A stretch of 64,000 nt of DNA from an uncultured virus (IMG/VR IMGVR_UViG_3300043540_000465) (Duplodnaviria > Heunggongvirae > Uroviricota > Caudoviricetes): IMG/VR virus record IMGVR_UViG_3300043540_000465. One strand, 5' to 3'. Shown in pieces: positions 35,912 to 46,321 of the stretch (positions are counted from its first letter, which is position 1; each line of letters opens with the position of its first letter). The translations under genes were made by a program, and so were the position numbers. Under the pieces are notes generated by a model. It saw only the letters and a program-made list of their open reading frames with translations. It was not told the origin of the DNA and did not search any database.

Positions 35912-36447
35912 TGCGCGGACGTCTGGATATTCGTGAGGTGCTGCGGGCCGACCCGGCCGTGCAGGATGCCAATGCTCGGGCGCGTAAGGTCAAGACCAAC
36001 TATCGGCTGCTGCTGGAGGAGTTGGCTACGCTCAAAGTAGGTTGCCCGGCCCACCGCCGTGGCCAGGACTATGATTTCGACGACGAGATCGTGCGCCTGC
36101 ACAAGGTGCAGGCGAACTTGGACCGGTTAGTAGAGCTTCGGCTGACGATGCAAGCGCAACGCTTCCACCTCAAGCAGCTGCGCGATCAGGTGCGGGACCA
36201 TCTGATGAACTTCGACGTGATCGCGCGTCTGCGCACCAAGGATGAACGCGTCACCGCCATCGACTCGGTCATGCCAAAAGTGGCCCAGCGATTGAGCGAG
36301 ATCGAGTTGCTGCTAGAGCAGGTCGAAGTGGTCTACTGGAACCTGCACAACACGGGGGAGCACCTTAAGGCACAACAGTATGCAGCTGCCAAACTCGTCG
36401 ATCTCCTCGGAGACGTGCGTAGAAGCCAGGGACGTAAGGAGCACTGA
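35911..36447 (+). CDS. Helical/coiled-coil hypothetical protein
   Basis: TGATG overlap; helical sequence in the replication block. Confidence 0.65.
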   Translation: MRGRLDIREVLRADPAVQDANARARKVKTNYRLLLEELATLKVGCPAHRRGQDYDFDDEIVRLHKVQANLDRLVELRLTMQAQRFHLKQLRDQVRDHLMNFDVIARLRTKDERVTAIDSVMPKVAQRLSEIELLLEQVEVVYWNLHNTGEHLKAQQYAAAKLVDLLGDVRRSQGRKEH

Positions 36448-36645
36448 TGCTTTCGATTCACAAAGGTAACCTCGCGCCACCCCAAGGCGCTAATCCTGGA
36501 GTGCAGAAACGAGGTATGCAATGAGCGTGGCCAGCATTCACGGCACGCCCGTGCCGAAGCACTGGACGGTCTTTACGGTGGGCGAGACCACGGTGCTGTT
36601 CGAACCGGTGAAGCCTGTGGTGCTTAATCCTGTCAGGGTGAAGTA

Positions 36646-37158
36646 ATGGCCCTGGTCTGTCATCACGATCGCGTGCCGCTGCAGCGCACCGACCACAAGG
36701 GCTACTGGCAGTGCGGGGTCTGTGGGCGGGTGCGCAGCCGCGACTACTGGAAGGCGCACCAGCCGGACCAGCCGCTGCATGAGGCTATGACCAAGCGGCG
36801 CCATAAGAAAGTCGCGCCACCACCACCACCACCACCCGACATCACCAAGCTGGGACCAACGTTCCGGAAGGGCTTTCAGCGGATCATCAACCGCGTGCTG
36901 GCGGGGGTACGTGATAGTACCCTCGCGATCGAAGCGACCGATCGGCTGGTAGCCGATCGCCGTCACGGCGATGCCGGCAACACCCGCATCGAAGAGTTCG
37001 ATTCGCGTCTACTGGACAAGGCGGTCGATGTCGTCACTGAGCTGTACGTCGTCCAAGAGATCGCCAATCTGCTAGGACTGGAGCCGTGGCTGAAGCGTAG
37101 CATACTACGTAATCTCATAGCGCGTAGGTGGCCACCACCGCTACGACGACAGTCCTAA
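36646..37158 (+). CDS. Hypothetical protein with N-terminal zinc finger
   Basis: CHH...WQCGVCG; poly-Pro linker. Confidence 0.65.
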   Translation: MALVCHHDRVPLQRTDHKGYWQCGVCGRVRSRDYWKAHQPDQPLHEAMTKRRHKKVAPPPPPPPDITKLGPTFRKGFQRIINRVLAGVRDSTLAIEATDRLVADRRHGDAGNTRIEEFDSRLLDKAVDVVTELYVVQEIANLLGLEPWLKRSILRNLIARRWPPPLRRQS

Positions 37159-37222
37159 ACGTGCAGCTAGAAACTGTAGCGGTCGTAGCCGCCGACGAAC
37201 TTCAGCTTGAGTAAGGATAGCC

Positions 37223-37882
37223 ATGACTAAAGATGCGTCGAAAGTACGAGAGGCTGAAGCGCAAGATTCTAAGCAACCTGATCAGCCGCCGGTGGCCGAC
37301 GCCGCGTGCGCGCCTGCCCCGGTAGCGGCACCACCCATCGCTCCCGTACCGGTGGTGTATCTATCGTATCCCCACCTCAGCTACACCGAGTGTCCGGACT
37401 ACATGGGCGCGCTGCAACGCGCCTGTATGCCACGGCTGCACTTCTTCGATCCGGGCGCCGATTGTAGCACGTCGCAGCGCTGGGCTACGACGTTGCAACG
37501 CCTTCAGACGGCCAGTCCGGCGATTGCCGTGGTACCGGATGGGGTCTTCAAGGGCCTGAATCTACCGCTCACGCTGTTCGCCCCGCCGGGACAAGAACAG
37601 ATGGCTTGGGGTCTGCAGCTGACCTATCGTGCGCACGTGCTGCGATCGCTATACGTACTGCTGCGTAGCAAGGCCGTGCTGGCGGATGCGATGCTACCGG
37701 GCCGCGGCGAGCAGATGATCGATCTGCTTCTCGCCCGCCTGTGCGACATCCCCATCCTCGCGGTAAGCGAGCAGCCGTCATTGTCCCCACAGCTGGGCTA
37801 CCTCGCCAGCGCCGTCGTCACTCCCACCGACAAACTGCTACCTGATCTGCTGAATTTCTACGTCGGATACAGCCTGACCTAA
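37223..37882 (+). CDS. Nucleoside 2-deoxyribosyltransferase-like fold protein (divergent)
   Basis: VVYLSYP...FFDPG...RSKAVLAD...GRGEQMIDLLLARLCDIPILAV pattern. Confidence 0.4.
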   Translation: MTKDASKVREAEAQDSKQPDQPPVADAACAPAPVAAPPIAPVPVVYLSYPHLSYTECPDYMGALQRACMPRLHFFDPGADCSTSQRWATTLQRLQTASPAIAVVPDGVFKGLNLPLTLFAPPGQEQMAWGLQLTYRAHVLRSLYVLLRSKAVLADAMLPGRGEQMIDLLLARLCDIPILAVSEQPSLSPQLGYLASAVVTPTDKLLPDLLNFYVGYSLT

Positions 37883-37886
37883 GCGA

Positions 37887-37910
37887 CGCTGCCAGCTAAC
37901 ACTGGCAGCG
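37887..37910 (+). terminator. GC-rich hairpin at the replication/baseplate boundary
   Basis: cgctgccag-ctaaca-ctggcagcg; no clear U-tract. Confidence 0.4.
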
Positions 37911-37963
37911 CTCCGCTCCTATGTTTAACGGTACGCGCACTCAGTAGCCACGCTACCGTTACC

Positions 37964-40900
37964 ATGGACCCCAACAAGGACAAGCCCAACACCGGCGCCG
38001 CGCCCACCACGGGCGCAAGTAGTACTCCGGCACCGACTGTTACTCCTACCACGCCGCAGCCAGACATGGCGGCGGCCCAGACAGCGCGGGCCTACGCGCT
38101 CGCCGAAGCATCGGCTAAAGTTCGAGCCGAGGGCGACACCGCCAAAGCCGACAAGCTGCAGGCGGCGGCCGAGGCTGCGGCCAAGGAGTCGGCCAAAGCC
38201 TCATCGGAGATATACGCACGCAGCGCCGACGCCGAAGCGAATAAGCTGGTCAACAACGCCGTCGCGCAGAGCCGGCAGAATGAGACCGACCGTAAGGCGA
38301 TCGCGTTCACCGAGCAGCAGTTCGGGCCACACCCTGCCTACTTCGTGTCGGTGCGGGTGTTCATCGCCGGCGTCGAAGTCACCAACTGGCTAACCGGCAC
38401 AGTAACCATCACCTATGCCGGGAGAGATGGGCACAACACGGCCTCGTTCACGCTGCAAAGCGCTCTCGACAACTTCATCATCACCAACCGCAACGCACCG
38501 GGGTTGATGGTGACCGATCGCGCCACTGGCGAAGTCAAGGAGACCGAAGCCAACCTGCAGATCTACGGGGATGCGGTCAAGCGTGTGATCGATCTTGAAA
38601 TCCAGATGAGTATCGCCAAGGCCAACGGTGACACGGCTACGGTCCAACGGCTAACCGACGAGTACACCGCCGCGCGCGCGGCGGAGGACACCTCGCGCTT
38701 AAACCCCATGGGCGCGAAGATCACGCAAAGCGACGTGATCAACCAAGGTGGCCGCAAGGGGCAGTGGCGTGACGGTGGGGCGGAAATACCGCTGTACTCT
38801 GAGGCGGCTAAGCACGCCATCTACGACTACAAGAACGACCGCACGCTGAATCCGGTGCTGGACATCGATGGTGAACAACTGGGCCGCACCACCAGCGCCA
38901 ACACCTCTGGCAGTCGCATGTGGCCGCTGCAAGCCCAGCGCCCGGTCTTCCACAAGAACGATCCGGTACGCATCTTCGTCCACAACCCCTTCTACCACCC
39001 GCGCGACGCCAGCGACGAGCAGTGGCTACCGGCGTTCGCGGGGTTCATCGAAAGCTACCCGTGGTCCGACGACTACCTGACCGGGCATACTGACGTGCAG
39101 ATCTCGTGCTACGACCTGCGTGCGCTGATGCGTTACATGCGGGTGATTAACCTGCTACCGCAAGGAAGCATAGAGGGGTCGAAGACCAAGGCCGGCGCCG
39201 AGTTGAACCTACTCAAAAAGTACTTCGGCCAGGGCGGTGGCAGCGACAGCAGCGGCTTCACCAACTCCATGTTCACGCTGATGCTGCTCAACAGCGGTAC
39301 CAAGAACATGCTGGCGGGCAAGCGCTTCGAGATCCTGGTGATCAATCTCACGGTGGGTGAGATCACCGATGCGGCCGGCAACCCCGTCCCTACTAGCTTT
39401 GGTACCTCACTAGAAGCCTCGGGTGGGGGGAAACTAACGCCGGTAGGACCGCTCTTCAAGCTAGGCAAGACTCAGCTATACGGTGGCACCGACGATGCTA
39501 ACCTGGAAGGCATCAAGGGAGTAACCACGGCGTCGTCATCCCCCACTTCGCTAGATGACTGGCACACGCTATGTCTATGTGGGCCGCGCGACCTCAGTCG
39601 CTACGGAGTGACGACCAAACGGGTCGATGATCGCTACCTGACGTCTGCGCAGGTAGAGCAGCTGGGCAAGAATACTATCTGGTGGTATGTAGACGCGTCG
39701 GGCACCATCCAGCCAGGCAAAGCCTGTCCGGTCAACCAAGAGCTGCACATGCTGCTGCCGGGTAAACTCACGGTGTTTCGTACCTTGTTCACGCAAGAGA
39801 CCGTGAGCCCCCTCGTGGAGGGTACGGAACTCGACTACACCGACCGGTTCACGCTGCTCAATGAGATCTGCAACATCATGGACTACCAGTGGTACGTCAC
39901 GCCGTTCGGTGACTTGGCGTTTGAGTTTCCCATGTATGACTTTTTCCCGGATCCGGGGATGCGGGTGCAGGGTTCCAAGCGTAGTACACAAGCTGGTAGA
40001 AGTGCCACCAGTCAAGCGCCTGCCAACAAGGCGCACATGGGCTTCCAAAAGTGGGCCGGGGCGTTCACGCTAGACTGGCACCTAACCTCTGCATCGTTCA
40101 ACGAGGAGGGCGGTGAACTCACCACCATCCTGTTCGCCGACGGCGAATTGAATGAGTACGGCCCAGGAAAATCCAACGTTCCAACCAACAAGTCACTGCT
40201 GTTTATTCCGGCGATGCTGCGCCGACTGGGTGGGGTCACGGCCTCGGTTAACTTCCCCTACCTGACCAACAAGCGCGCCATCTGCCTTGCGGGGTTGTTG
40301 GAGTTTCGGCGGCGCATTGCTCGCTACGCGACCATGGAGGTAAGTACTATCTACCGCCCACTGTGGCTGCCCAACCGACCCATCTTCGCCGTACCCCGCC
40401 AGCGCTGCGGCACCATTTCGAGCGTCACGCACACCTTGGAGATCAACGGCACTGCGGGTACCTCGGTGTCGCTACAGTATGTGCGTCAGCGTGACGAGTT
40501 CGGTAACTGGACCCATGTCACCGGGGCCGAGAACATGCCGTTGGACTACACGTTAATGGAGAACAACTACCCCAACTGGCAGAACCGCCAAGATCTGAAC
40601 TACCTCATCGACGGTATCTGTATGCCGTGTCTCAGTGAATCTGAGGGCGGCCTCGATGCACCTCCGGGTGGTACTGGTAGACCCACAGCTACTCCGTTCC
40701 GCAAGACCAACAAGGGTCCGCAGCTGACCCCAAAACAAGTCGCCATGCTGGTTAAGTGTACTCAGAATGCCAAGGGTCACAAACGGAAGGTGCCCATCGC
40801 CATGATGACGGCGCTGTCGGCAGCGGAGACGGGGAGTACCTACCAGATGAACTTAGAGAACCTCAGTTCCAAAGGAGGGCGGCGCAAATCGAACGCCTAT

Positions 40901-41371
40901 GGTATCTGGCAAGAGACAAGTGCTAGTACGTCACTTAAAGGTGACGCACACCGTGAGGCCGCAGGCGACCCGGTACAATCTACTGGACGCGTTGTGGATG
41001 CCCGCGATCGTTACTGGGGCAACATCCAGTCGCTAACGTCTAACGAGGATGATCAAGTACGCTGGTTGTATATGGCCCATAACATGGGTAACGGTGTCAT
41101 CGACGGGGCTTTAGCGGCCAAGCGTAGTGGCGCTACTACCTATGAGGCGCAGCAGGCTGCGGTCAAGCAGGACTGGTGTCCTAAGCACGGCTACACTCAA
41201 GAGGAGGCCGACGACCGCTTCAACTTTGCCGAGAACGCTCTCAACGCCTACCGCGGACTCAAGAACGACCCCGCTGTGACTAACCCGCAAGGCGACTGTG
41301 CCGAAACGCTTAATCCGAATACCTATAAAAACATCACCGAGCAGTGGAAGAAGGACAACTCCCAGGCGTGA
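37964..41371 (+). CDS. Baseplate hub-like protein with C-terminal lytic transglycosylase domain
   Basis: VRVFIAGVEV, YQWYVTPFGDLAFEFP, YRPLWLPNRP hub-like motifs; C-terminal AAETGS, AYGIWQ, YMAHNMGNG. Confidence 0.7.
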   Translation: MDPNKDKPNTGAAPTTGASSTPAPTVTPTTPQPDMAAAQTARAYALAEASAKVRAEGDTAKADKLQAAAEAAAKESAKASSEIYARSADAEANKLVNNAVAQSRQNETDRKAIAFTEQQFGPHPAYFVSVRVFIAGVEVTNWLTGTVTITYAGRDGHNTASFTLQSALDNFIITNRNAPGLMVTDRATGEVKETEANLQIYGDAVKRVIDLEIQMSIAKANGDTATVQRLTDEYTAARAAEDTSRLNPMGAKITQSDVINQGGRKGQWRDGGAEIPLYSEAAKHAIYDYKNDRTLNPVLDIDGEQLGRTTSANTSGSRMWPLQAQRPVFHKNDPVRIFVHNPFYHPRDASDEQWLPAFAGFIESYPWSDDYLTGHTDVQISCYDLRALMRYMRVINLLPQGSIEGSKTKAGAELNLLKKYFGQGGGSDSSGFTNSMFTLMLLNSGTKNMLAGKRFEILVINLTVGEITDAAGNPVPTSFGTSLEASGGGKLTPVGPLFKLGKTQLYGGTDDANLEGIKGVTTASSSPTSLDDWHTLCLCGPRDLSRYGVTTKRVDDRYLTSAQVEQLGKNTIWWYVDASGTIQPGKACPVNQELHMLLPGKLTVFRTLFTQETVSPLVEGTELDYTDRFTLLNEICNIMDYQWYVTPFGDLAFEFPMYDFFPDPGMRVQGSKRSTQAGRSATSQAPANKAHMGFQKWAGAFTLDWHLTSASFNEEGGELTTILFADGELNEYGPGKSNVPTNKSLLFIPAMLRRLGGVTASVNFPYLTNKRAICLAGLLEFRRRIARYATMEVSTIYRPLWLPNRPIFAVPRQRCGTISSVTHTLEINGTAGTSVSLQYVRQRDEFGNWTHVTGAENMPLDYTLMENNYPNWQNRQDLNYLIDGICMPCLSESEGGLDAPPGGTGRPTATPFRKTNKGPQLTPKQVAMLVKCTQNAKGHKRKVPIAMMTALSAAETGSTYQMNLENLSSKGGRRKSNAYGIWQETSASTSLKGDAHREAAGDPVQSTGRVVDARDRYWGNIQSLTSNEDDQVRWLYMAHNMGNGVIDGALAAKRSGATTYEAQQAAVKQDWCPKHGYTQEEADDRFNFAENALNAYRGLKNDPAVTNPQGDCAETLNPNTYKNITEQWKKDNSQA

Positions 41372-41471
41372 GCCGGAGACGATAGCCTGCACAATGCGTC
41401 TAGATGGTATCAGATCTCCCGTGGTCTCATAGTGTGTGGAACCTATCACGTAACCTCAGAAAGGAGTGAGC

Positions 41472-42269
41472 ATGTCCCATCCGCACGCGCATATGATTCA
41501 TGGTCAACTACGGCATCTCGGGGGCTGGCGTCGCGACACCCCCGATCACCGCGACCGGCACTACATGGCGATCGCGCCGGCGATGGCACTACCGTCCCGC
41601 GGTGACACCAGTCAGTTCGACTCACCGATCGAAGACCAGGGACCGATCGGCTCGTGCACGGCCCACGCCTCTACCAGCGGTATGGAGGTGCTGTACCCCA
41701 AGCTGCTATCCAAGCCCGCGCCGCAGCTATCACGGCTGTTCGTCTACTACATGACTCGCACGGTCTACGAGCATGTGGCGCCAGACGATGACAGTGGCTG
41801 CGAGATCCGCAACGTCATCAAGTGCCTAGTCAAGTACGGCACCTGCCTGGAATCGCTATGGCCATACACCAACCCCGAGCAGCAGTTCGCGGTGGCGCCG
41901 CCCGCCGAGTGCCGGCAGGATGCACTCAACCATCAGGTGCTAACGTACTACCGTCTCACCGGGCTGCGGCAGATCCAGCAGTGCCTGGCTAGCGGCTATC
42001 CGGTGATCGGAGGCTTCGCGGTGCCCGAGAGCGCCATGGACGAGCACGTCGCCCAGGATGGCATCCTGCACTTTCCCCAGCCTAATGAGGCGTTCGTGGG
42101 TGGCCACGCGGTACTGTTCGTGGGCTACGACAACACCACGCGGCTGGTGAAGTTCAAGAACTCGTGGGGACCGGCGTGGGGCCAGAAGGGCTACGGCTTC
42201 CTGCCGTACGACTTCTTCATCGACGGGCTGGCCGACGACTTCTGGACCGTACGTCGCGAGGAGATGTAG
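41472..42269 (+). CDS. Papain-like (C1A) cysteine peptidase
   Basis: DQGPIGSCTAH, LSRLFVYY, GGHAVLFVGYD, KNSWG. Confidence 0.92.
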   Translation: MSHPHAHMIHGQLRHLGGWRRDTPDHRDRHYMAIAPAMALPSRGDTSQFDSPIEDQGPIGSCTAHASTSGMEVLYPKLLSKPAPQLSRLFVYYMTRTVYEHVAPDDDSGCEIRNVIKCLVKYGTCLESLWPYTNPEQQFAVAPPAECRQDALNHQVLTYYRLTGLRQIQQCLASGYPVIGGFAVPESAMDEHVAQDGILHFPQPNEAFVGGHAVLFVGYDNTTRLVKFKNSWGPAWGQKGYGFLPYDFFIDGLADDFWTVRREEM

Positions 42270-42279
42270 GAGCTAGCTC

Positions 42280-43512
42280 ATGGCTGCCCCACGATTCGCG
42301 CCCAACTGGATGCAGGAAGTTGATAGTCTAGAACGAGATACCCGACATCTACGCCTGAACGCGGTGCGCAGCGGCTTTGTGACCTCATACAATCGACAGA
42401 CGGAAGAGATCACCGGAGTCACGCGCACGGGGGCGTTTCGCGGGCAGCTGCCACCCATCTTCGAATCTGCCGGGGCGTACATTCGCGGCGGCTATAGTCC
42501 ACAGGGCGTGTGGGTGGCGTACAACCAGGATCAGGCGCAGCCCATCATCATCGCGCAGCACACTTCGTCCGCCGACAAGCAGCTCGCACAGTACGACGCC
42601 GGTACTGGCTACTACCGACCGTTGGAGCCAGGGGCTATCGACATCAAGTCCAGTGGCATGGCCGGGATGTATGCCGACACCGGCGGTACGCTAGAGCTGC
42701 GCGGGGGCTTGGTGCAAGGCCTGTTGTCGCAGGAGCTGATGGCCATCGAGTGGCATGCGCCCGCACACCGTCGGTTTCTGCATACCGCTAACGAGTACCT
42801 GGGTGGGGATCAAGAGGTGTTCGGTACGGTGATGCGGCACCTCAACCCGCTGGATCCGCTACCCCAGCCGGTTCCCGATCCCACCAACCCCACCACCTTC
42901 GCCAAGGAGTACTCTCGCACGCTCAGCGGCCTGCTCACTCCGGCAGTACTGGTACGCGAGGGCACGCTGCTGATGGATGACATGGGCGTGCCCATGCTCA
43001 GCAGCATGGGCGTGCCGCTACGGGCGGCGCACCGCTACGGCTCTACTGGCGTGGGCACCTCGGGCTGGGATGTGGACCAGCTAGGCAACATGGATCTGTA
43101 CACCGGCATCGAAGCGGTGACTGGCATAACCGTCAAGGTCCCAACGGGGTTCTTCAACGTCACCGCCGGACTCGGAGTAACGTTGAAGAGTCCGGTGTCG
43201 GTATCGCTGATGGCCCCGACGGTGACGGCGACCGCCGAAGCCAGTATGTCCCTGGCCTCACCGGGCACTATCGCCATTGGCGCTACGGGTTCACTTAATC
43301 TAGCGGGCACCGGACTGGCCACGCTCAGCAGTGGCTCGTTGCTGAGTCTGTCGGCGCCGTTGATCACGCTTGGTCCCACGCCCAACTACGTGGGCATCGT
43401 GACCGAAGCTACTCCATGCCCCTACTTGACGTCCTTGGGCTTGACGCCGCCTGCCAACCTGCATGGCGCCACGATGTTGTGTACCAAGACGGTACGCGTC
43501 AGCATGTTGTAG
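42280..43512 (+). CDS. Baseplate spike/puncturing-like protein
   Basis: After the hub; LEPGAIDIKS, then a small-residue beta-strand repeat C-terminus with Cys/His tip. Confidence 0.55.
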   Translation: MAAPRFAPNWMQEVDSLERDTRHLRLNAVRSGFVTSYNRQTEEITGVTRTGAFRGQLPPIFESAGAYIRGGYSPQGVWVAYNQDQAQPIIIAQHTSSADKQLAQYDAGTGYYRPLEPGAIDIKSSGMAGMYADTGGTLELRGGLVQGLLSQELMAIEWHAPAHRRFLHTANEYLGGDQEVFGTVMRHLNPLDPLPQPVPDPTNPTTFAKEYSRTLSGLLTPAVLVREGTLLMDDMGVPMLSSMGVPLRAAHRYGSTGVGTSGWDVDQLGNMDLYTGIEAVTGITVKVPTGFFNVTAGLGVTLKSPVSVSLMAPTVTATAEASMSLASPGTIAIGATGSLNLAGTGLATLSSGSLLSLSAPLITLGPTPNYVGIVTEATPCPYLTSLGLTPPANLHGATMLCTKTVRVSML

Positions 43513-43552
43513 CAAAGGTACAGTTTGGCATGTCTTTCTCTTGGGGGGAGGT

Positions 43553-43705
43553 ATGTCGCTACGACCAACTCAGGTAGAAGTTGAACGAATATGTCAGCGT
43601 GCGGGAGTACGACTGCTCAGTAGATACCGCGACAACAGTCGTCGCCTCATGCCCTACTGGAAGCGCGACGTCGAAGCTTCCCTTCGCCGCAAGCTAGCAG
43701 CTTAG
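43553..43705 (+). pseudogene. Internally deleted endonuclease gene (N- and C-termini fused)
   Basis: GGAGG RBS; MSLRPTQVEVERICQRAGVRLLSRYRDNSRRL joined to MPYWKRDVEASLRRKL, matching PYWKHDVETLVRTQL at 19830-20015. Confidence 0.65.
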
Positions 43706-43712
43706 GTGCTAC

Positions 43713-45803
43713 ATGGTGCAGCCCGCCTTCATCGTCCCTGCGGAAAAACCGGTCGACGACATCTACCTGCAGCAGCGTGCGCTGATCGATGCGCAGCTGT
43801 ATCAGGTGGCGCGTGACATCGACCAGATCATGAACCAGCCTCCCGTAGCAGCTACCGGGTGGTTGGGGATCATCGCCGGGGCGACGCCGGACTGGGGACC
43901 GGAGGCGACCGTAGTGGCCACGCGGTACCTGGGGGCTGGCGCCATCGCCGTGGTAGCCAACGTGCAGTGGATGGTAGAGCAGCCGCTGGACACTACCACT
44001 CCGATGCATGCGCTGCAGAAGATTGCCACCGCGATCAGCCAAGCCAATCCCCAAGTGCAGGTAACCGTCGACCCCACGCTGCTACGGCTTAATGTAGTGG
44101 CCACGACCGCTGGCAGTGCGGGCAATGCCATCCCGTTGAACGTTGGTCCCAGCTACCAGAGCTTCATCGAAGCCTCCGGTACCACGCTAAGTGGCGGCAA
44201 GGATGGCAACGTGCGGCAGCAGCTAGATGCCGTCGTCGCCTCGACTACCCAGGTGATGGTAGCATCGGATCGTATGCTGATTCATGGACGAACCGACTAC
44301 AAAGAGGTTACGCAGGCGCTGGGCGTATACGCTCCCGACATTGAGCAGCAGGCGGCCGAGCGGCGGATGACCATCGCGGGGTTCCCTATGCTGTGCGGCA
44401 AGCCGTTGATCCGCGATGGCAAAAACCGGATGGCCGGGGCCATTGACCTTGTCAACCTGCTGGGGGCGGGCAAGGCCGTAGAGGCGCTGCACTCCCACGC
44501 GCCGGGCAGCATCATCGTAGTACCGGTGGTGACTAAGCTGGTCAGCACACCCTACGTCACCTCCTGCGGTACCATCTTCCGCGATGAGTACCACGAAACG
44601 GTGCTGCCACTAGATCAAGGGCCGCACGCGGTCCCCGCTGGGGCGACAGCCGTCTACTATGCATACCACATCGGCACCATCGTACCCACGCCCACGATGG
44701 TCGACCGGCTGCTGAGTGTAGGCTTCAGCTACGAGCAGATTGGAGTGATGATGTACGAGGGCGGTGACCGGCTAAACGTCAAGGTCACCAAGATCGCGGA
44801 CCCCACCATCCTAGATCAGGTACTCACTACTGCCAGCCTCGACGATTTGACCGAGGTGTCGTTCCGCAACATCAAGGACTGGGTGTGGAACGCCACCGCG
44901 GCCGATTGGCAGAAGGCGGTCAGCGCCTGGGTCGTCGACACCTTGGGATCGGCTGGCGCCGACCTACTCAAGGCGTTCGAGTACATGAACCAGACGGAGC
45001 TGTGGCCGTTCGGCGACTACCTGAAGACGGCGCTGGATGAAGTGAGTAACTGCCTCGACCAGAAGCTGATCGACCTGTTCAGTTGGCTGGTGGCCAAGGT
45101 GGAGTGGTTCAATGACTTCATCCAGAAGACGTTGGTCGATCCGGTGCTCAAGTTCGCCAACGCGGCCAAGGGCCTGATCGAGTTTGTGAAGTCGCTGTTC
45201 CAGAACTTCCCCGGCAGCGTCGCGCTGTGCTTGCTGGGCGACATGGTGATCGAGCTGCTGCCCCAGCTGCAAGACCTCTTCAATCTGGTGATGCTAACCG
45301 TGACCCAGTTCATCAACACGGTCATGCTAACCCTGACGCCGCTGTTCGCGGCCATGCAGCTCGCGCTGCAACCCATCTGTTTGATCAACGGCGTGGTCAC
45401 CGCGCTACTCGGTCACAGCGTGCCGGGGCTGGAGTGCCTGCCCCCACTAAACATTCCGGTACCGCCGATCCTCATCGATCTGCTGAACCGCTTGGCCGAC
45501 TTCCTCAAGCTGATTCCCCGGGTCATCGGCATCCTCACCGATGCGCTCGCCCAGATTCTGGATGCGCTCGCGAGCCTGCTGAACTTCAGTCTCAAGTCGT
45601 CGGGGCCAGGGTCGTGTAATGCCACCTCGATCTCGGCGATGCTGGTAGCGCTAGCCGCCGTTCTAGGCGGAGCGTTGCTGGCCGGGTTGCTCAAGGACGC
45701 GGGCATCTGCCAGACCCCGGATGCTACGATTCCGGATGAACCCGCCACTGCCAGTAGCGCTACCACTCCAAAGGGGTGGTGTCCGCCGGGCGGTACGTCG
45801 TAA
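43713..45803 (+). CDS. Virion/baseplate-region protein with hydrophobic helical C-terminus
   Basis: 696 aa between the spike and wedge genes. Confidence 0.6.
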   Translation: MVQPAFIVPAEKPVDDIYLQQRALIDAQLYQVARDIDQIMNQPPVAATGWLGIIAGATPDWGPEATVVATRYLGAGAIAVVANVQWMVEQPLDTTTPMHALQKIATAISQANPQVQVTVDPTLLRLNVVATTAGSAGNAIPLNVGPSYQSFIEASGTTLSGGKDGNVRQQLDAVVASTTQVMVASDRMLIHGRTDYKEVTQALGVYAPDIEQQAAERRMTIAGFPMLCGKPLIRDGKNRMAGAIDLVNLLGAGKAVEALHSHAPGSIIVVPVVTKLVSTPYVTSCGTIFRDEYHETVLPLDQGPHAVPAGATAVYYAYHIGTIVPTPTMVDRLLSVGFSYEQIGVMMYEGGDRLNVKVTKIADPTILDQVLTTASLDDLTEVSFRNIKDWVWNATAADWQKAVSAWVVDTLGSAGADLLKAFEYMNQTELWPFGDYLKTALDEVSNCLDQKLIDLFSWLVAKVEWFNDFIQKTLVDPVLKFANAAKGLIEFVKSLFQNFPGSVALCLLGDMVIELLPQLQDLFNLVMLTVTQFINTVMLTLTPLFAAMQLALQPICLINGVVTALLGHSVPGLECLPPLNIPVPPILIDLLNRLADFLKLIPRVIGILTDALAQILDALASLLNFSLKSSGPGSCNATSISAMLVALAAVLGGALLAGLLKDAGICQTPDATIPDEPATASSATTPKGWCPPGGTS

Positions 45804-45817
45804 GGTATCTTTGTGCT

Positions 45818-46309
45818 ATGAGCAAGACCGTTGCTATGAAGGATGGTACGTTCTTTGTGTTACCTAATGGCCAGCTGTTAGTTATAGCCAATACGGATAA
45901 ATGTGAGCAGGATCTCGTCGAGGCATTCGGTACGCCGTACCTGGAGACCGAAGGCTACGGCAACGAGTTGTTCTTGTTTGTCGGGCAAGCGCCGCTCGCG
46001 GGAGCGCTGATGGAGTCGCAGGTGGGCATGATGGCAGAGCGCTGCTTTGATCGACTGCGCACTGCGCAGATGGCCGACCCCTACATCACCACGGATGAGC
46101 AGCTCGCCGAGATGGTTGGCATGACGGTCGACGCCATTCCAGAAGAGGCCGGCAGCTTCATCTACAGCTTTGGCGTGCACACGGCCTCGGGTCGCGTCAT
46201 CGGTGACGTGCGCTTCCCCTTCTCTGCCAAGCAGCTGGAGCCTCCAGGCATGGAGGTGCAGCCCACTTCACCCCACAACCTCTTCCCTTGGAGTTGGCTC
46301 TCCAAGTAG
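45818..46309 (+). CDS. Baseplate wedge gp25-like protein
   Basis: Size and position before baseplate J; KCEQDL...GYGNEL...LRTAQ pattern. Confidence 0.55.
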   Translation: MSKTVAMKDGTFFVLPNGQLLVIANTDKCEQDLVEAFGTPYLETEGYGNELFLFVGQAPLAGALMESQVGMMAERCFDRLRTAQMADPYITTDEQLAEMVGMTVDAIPEEAGSFIYSFGVHTASGRVIGDVRFPFSAKQLEPPGMEVQPTSPHNLFPWSWLSK

Positions 46310-46321
46310 AGCGAGACGCGC

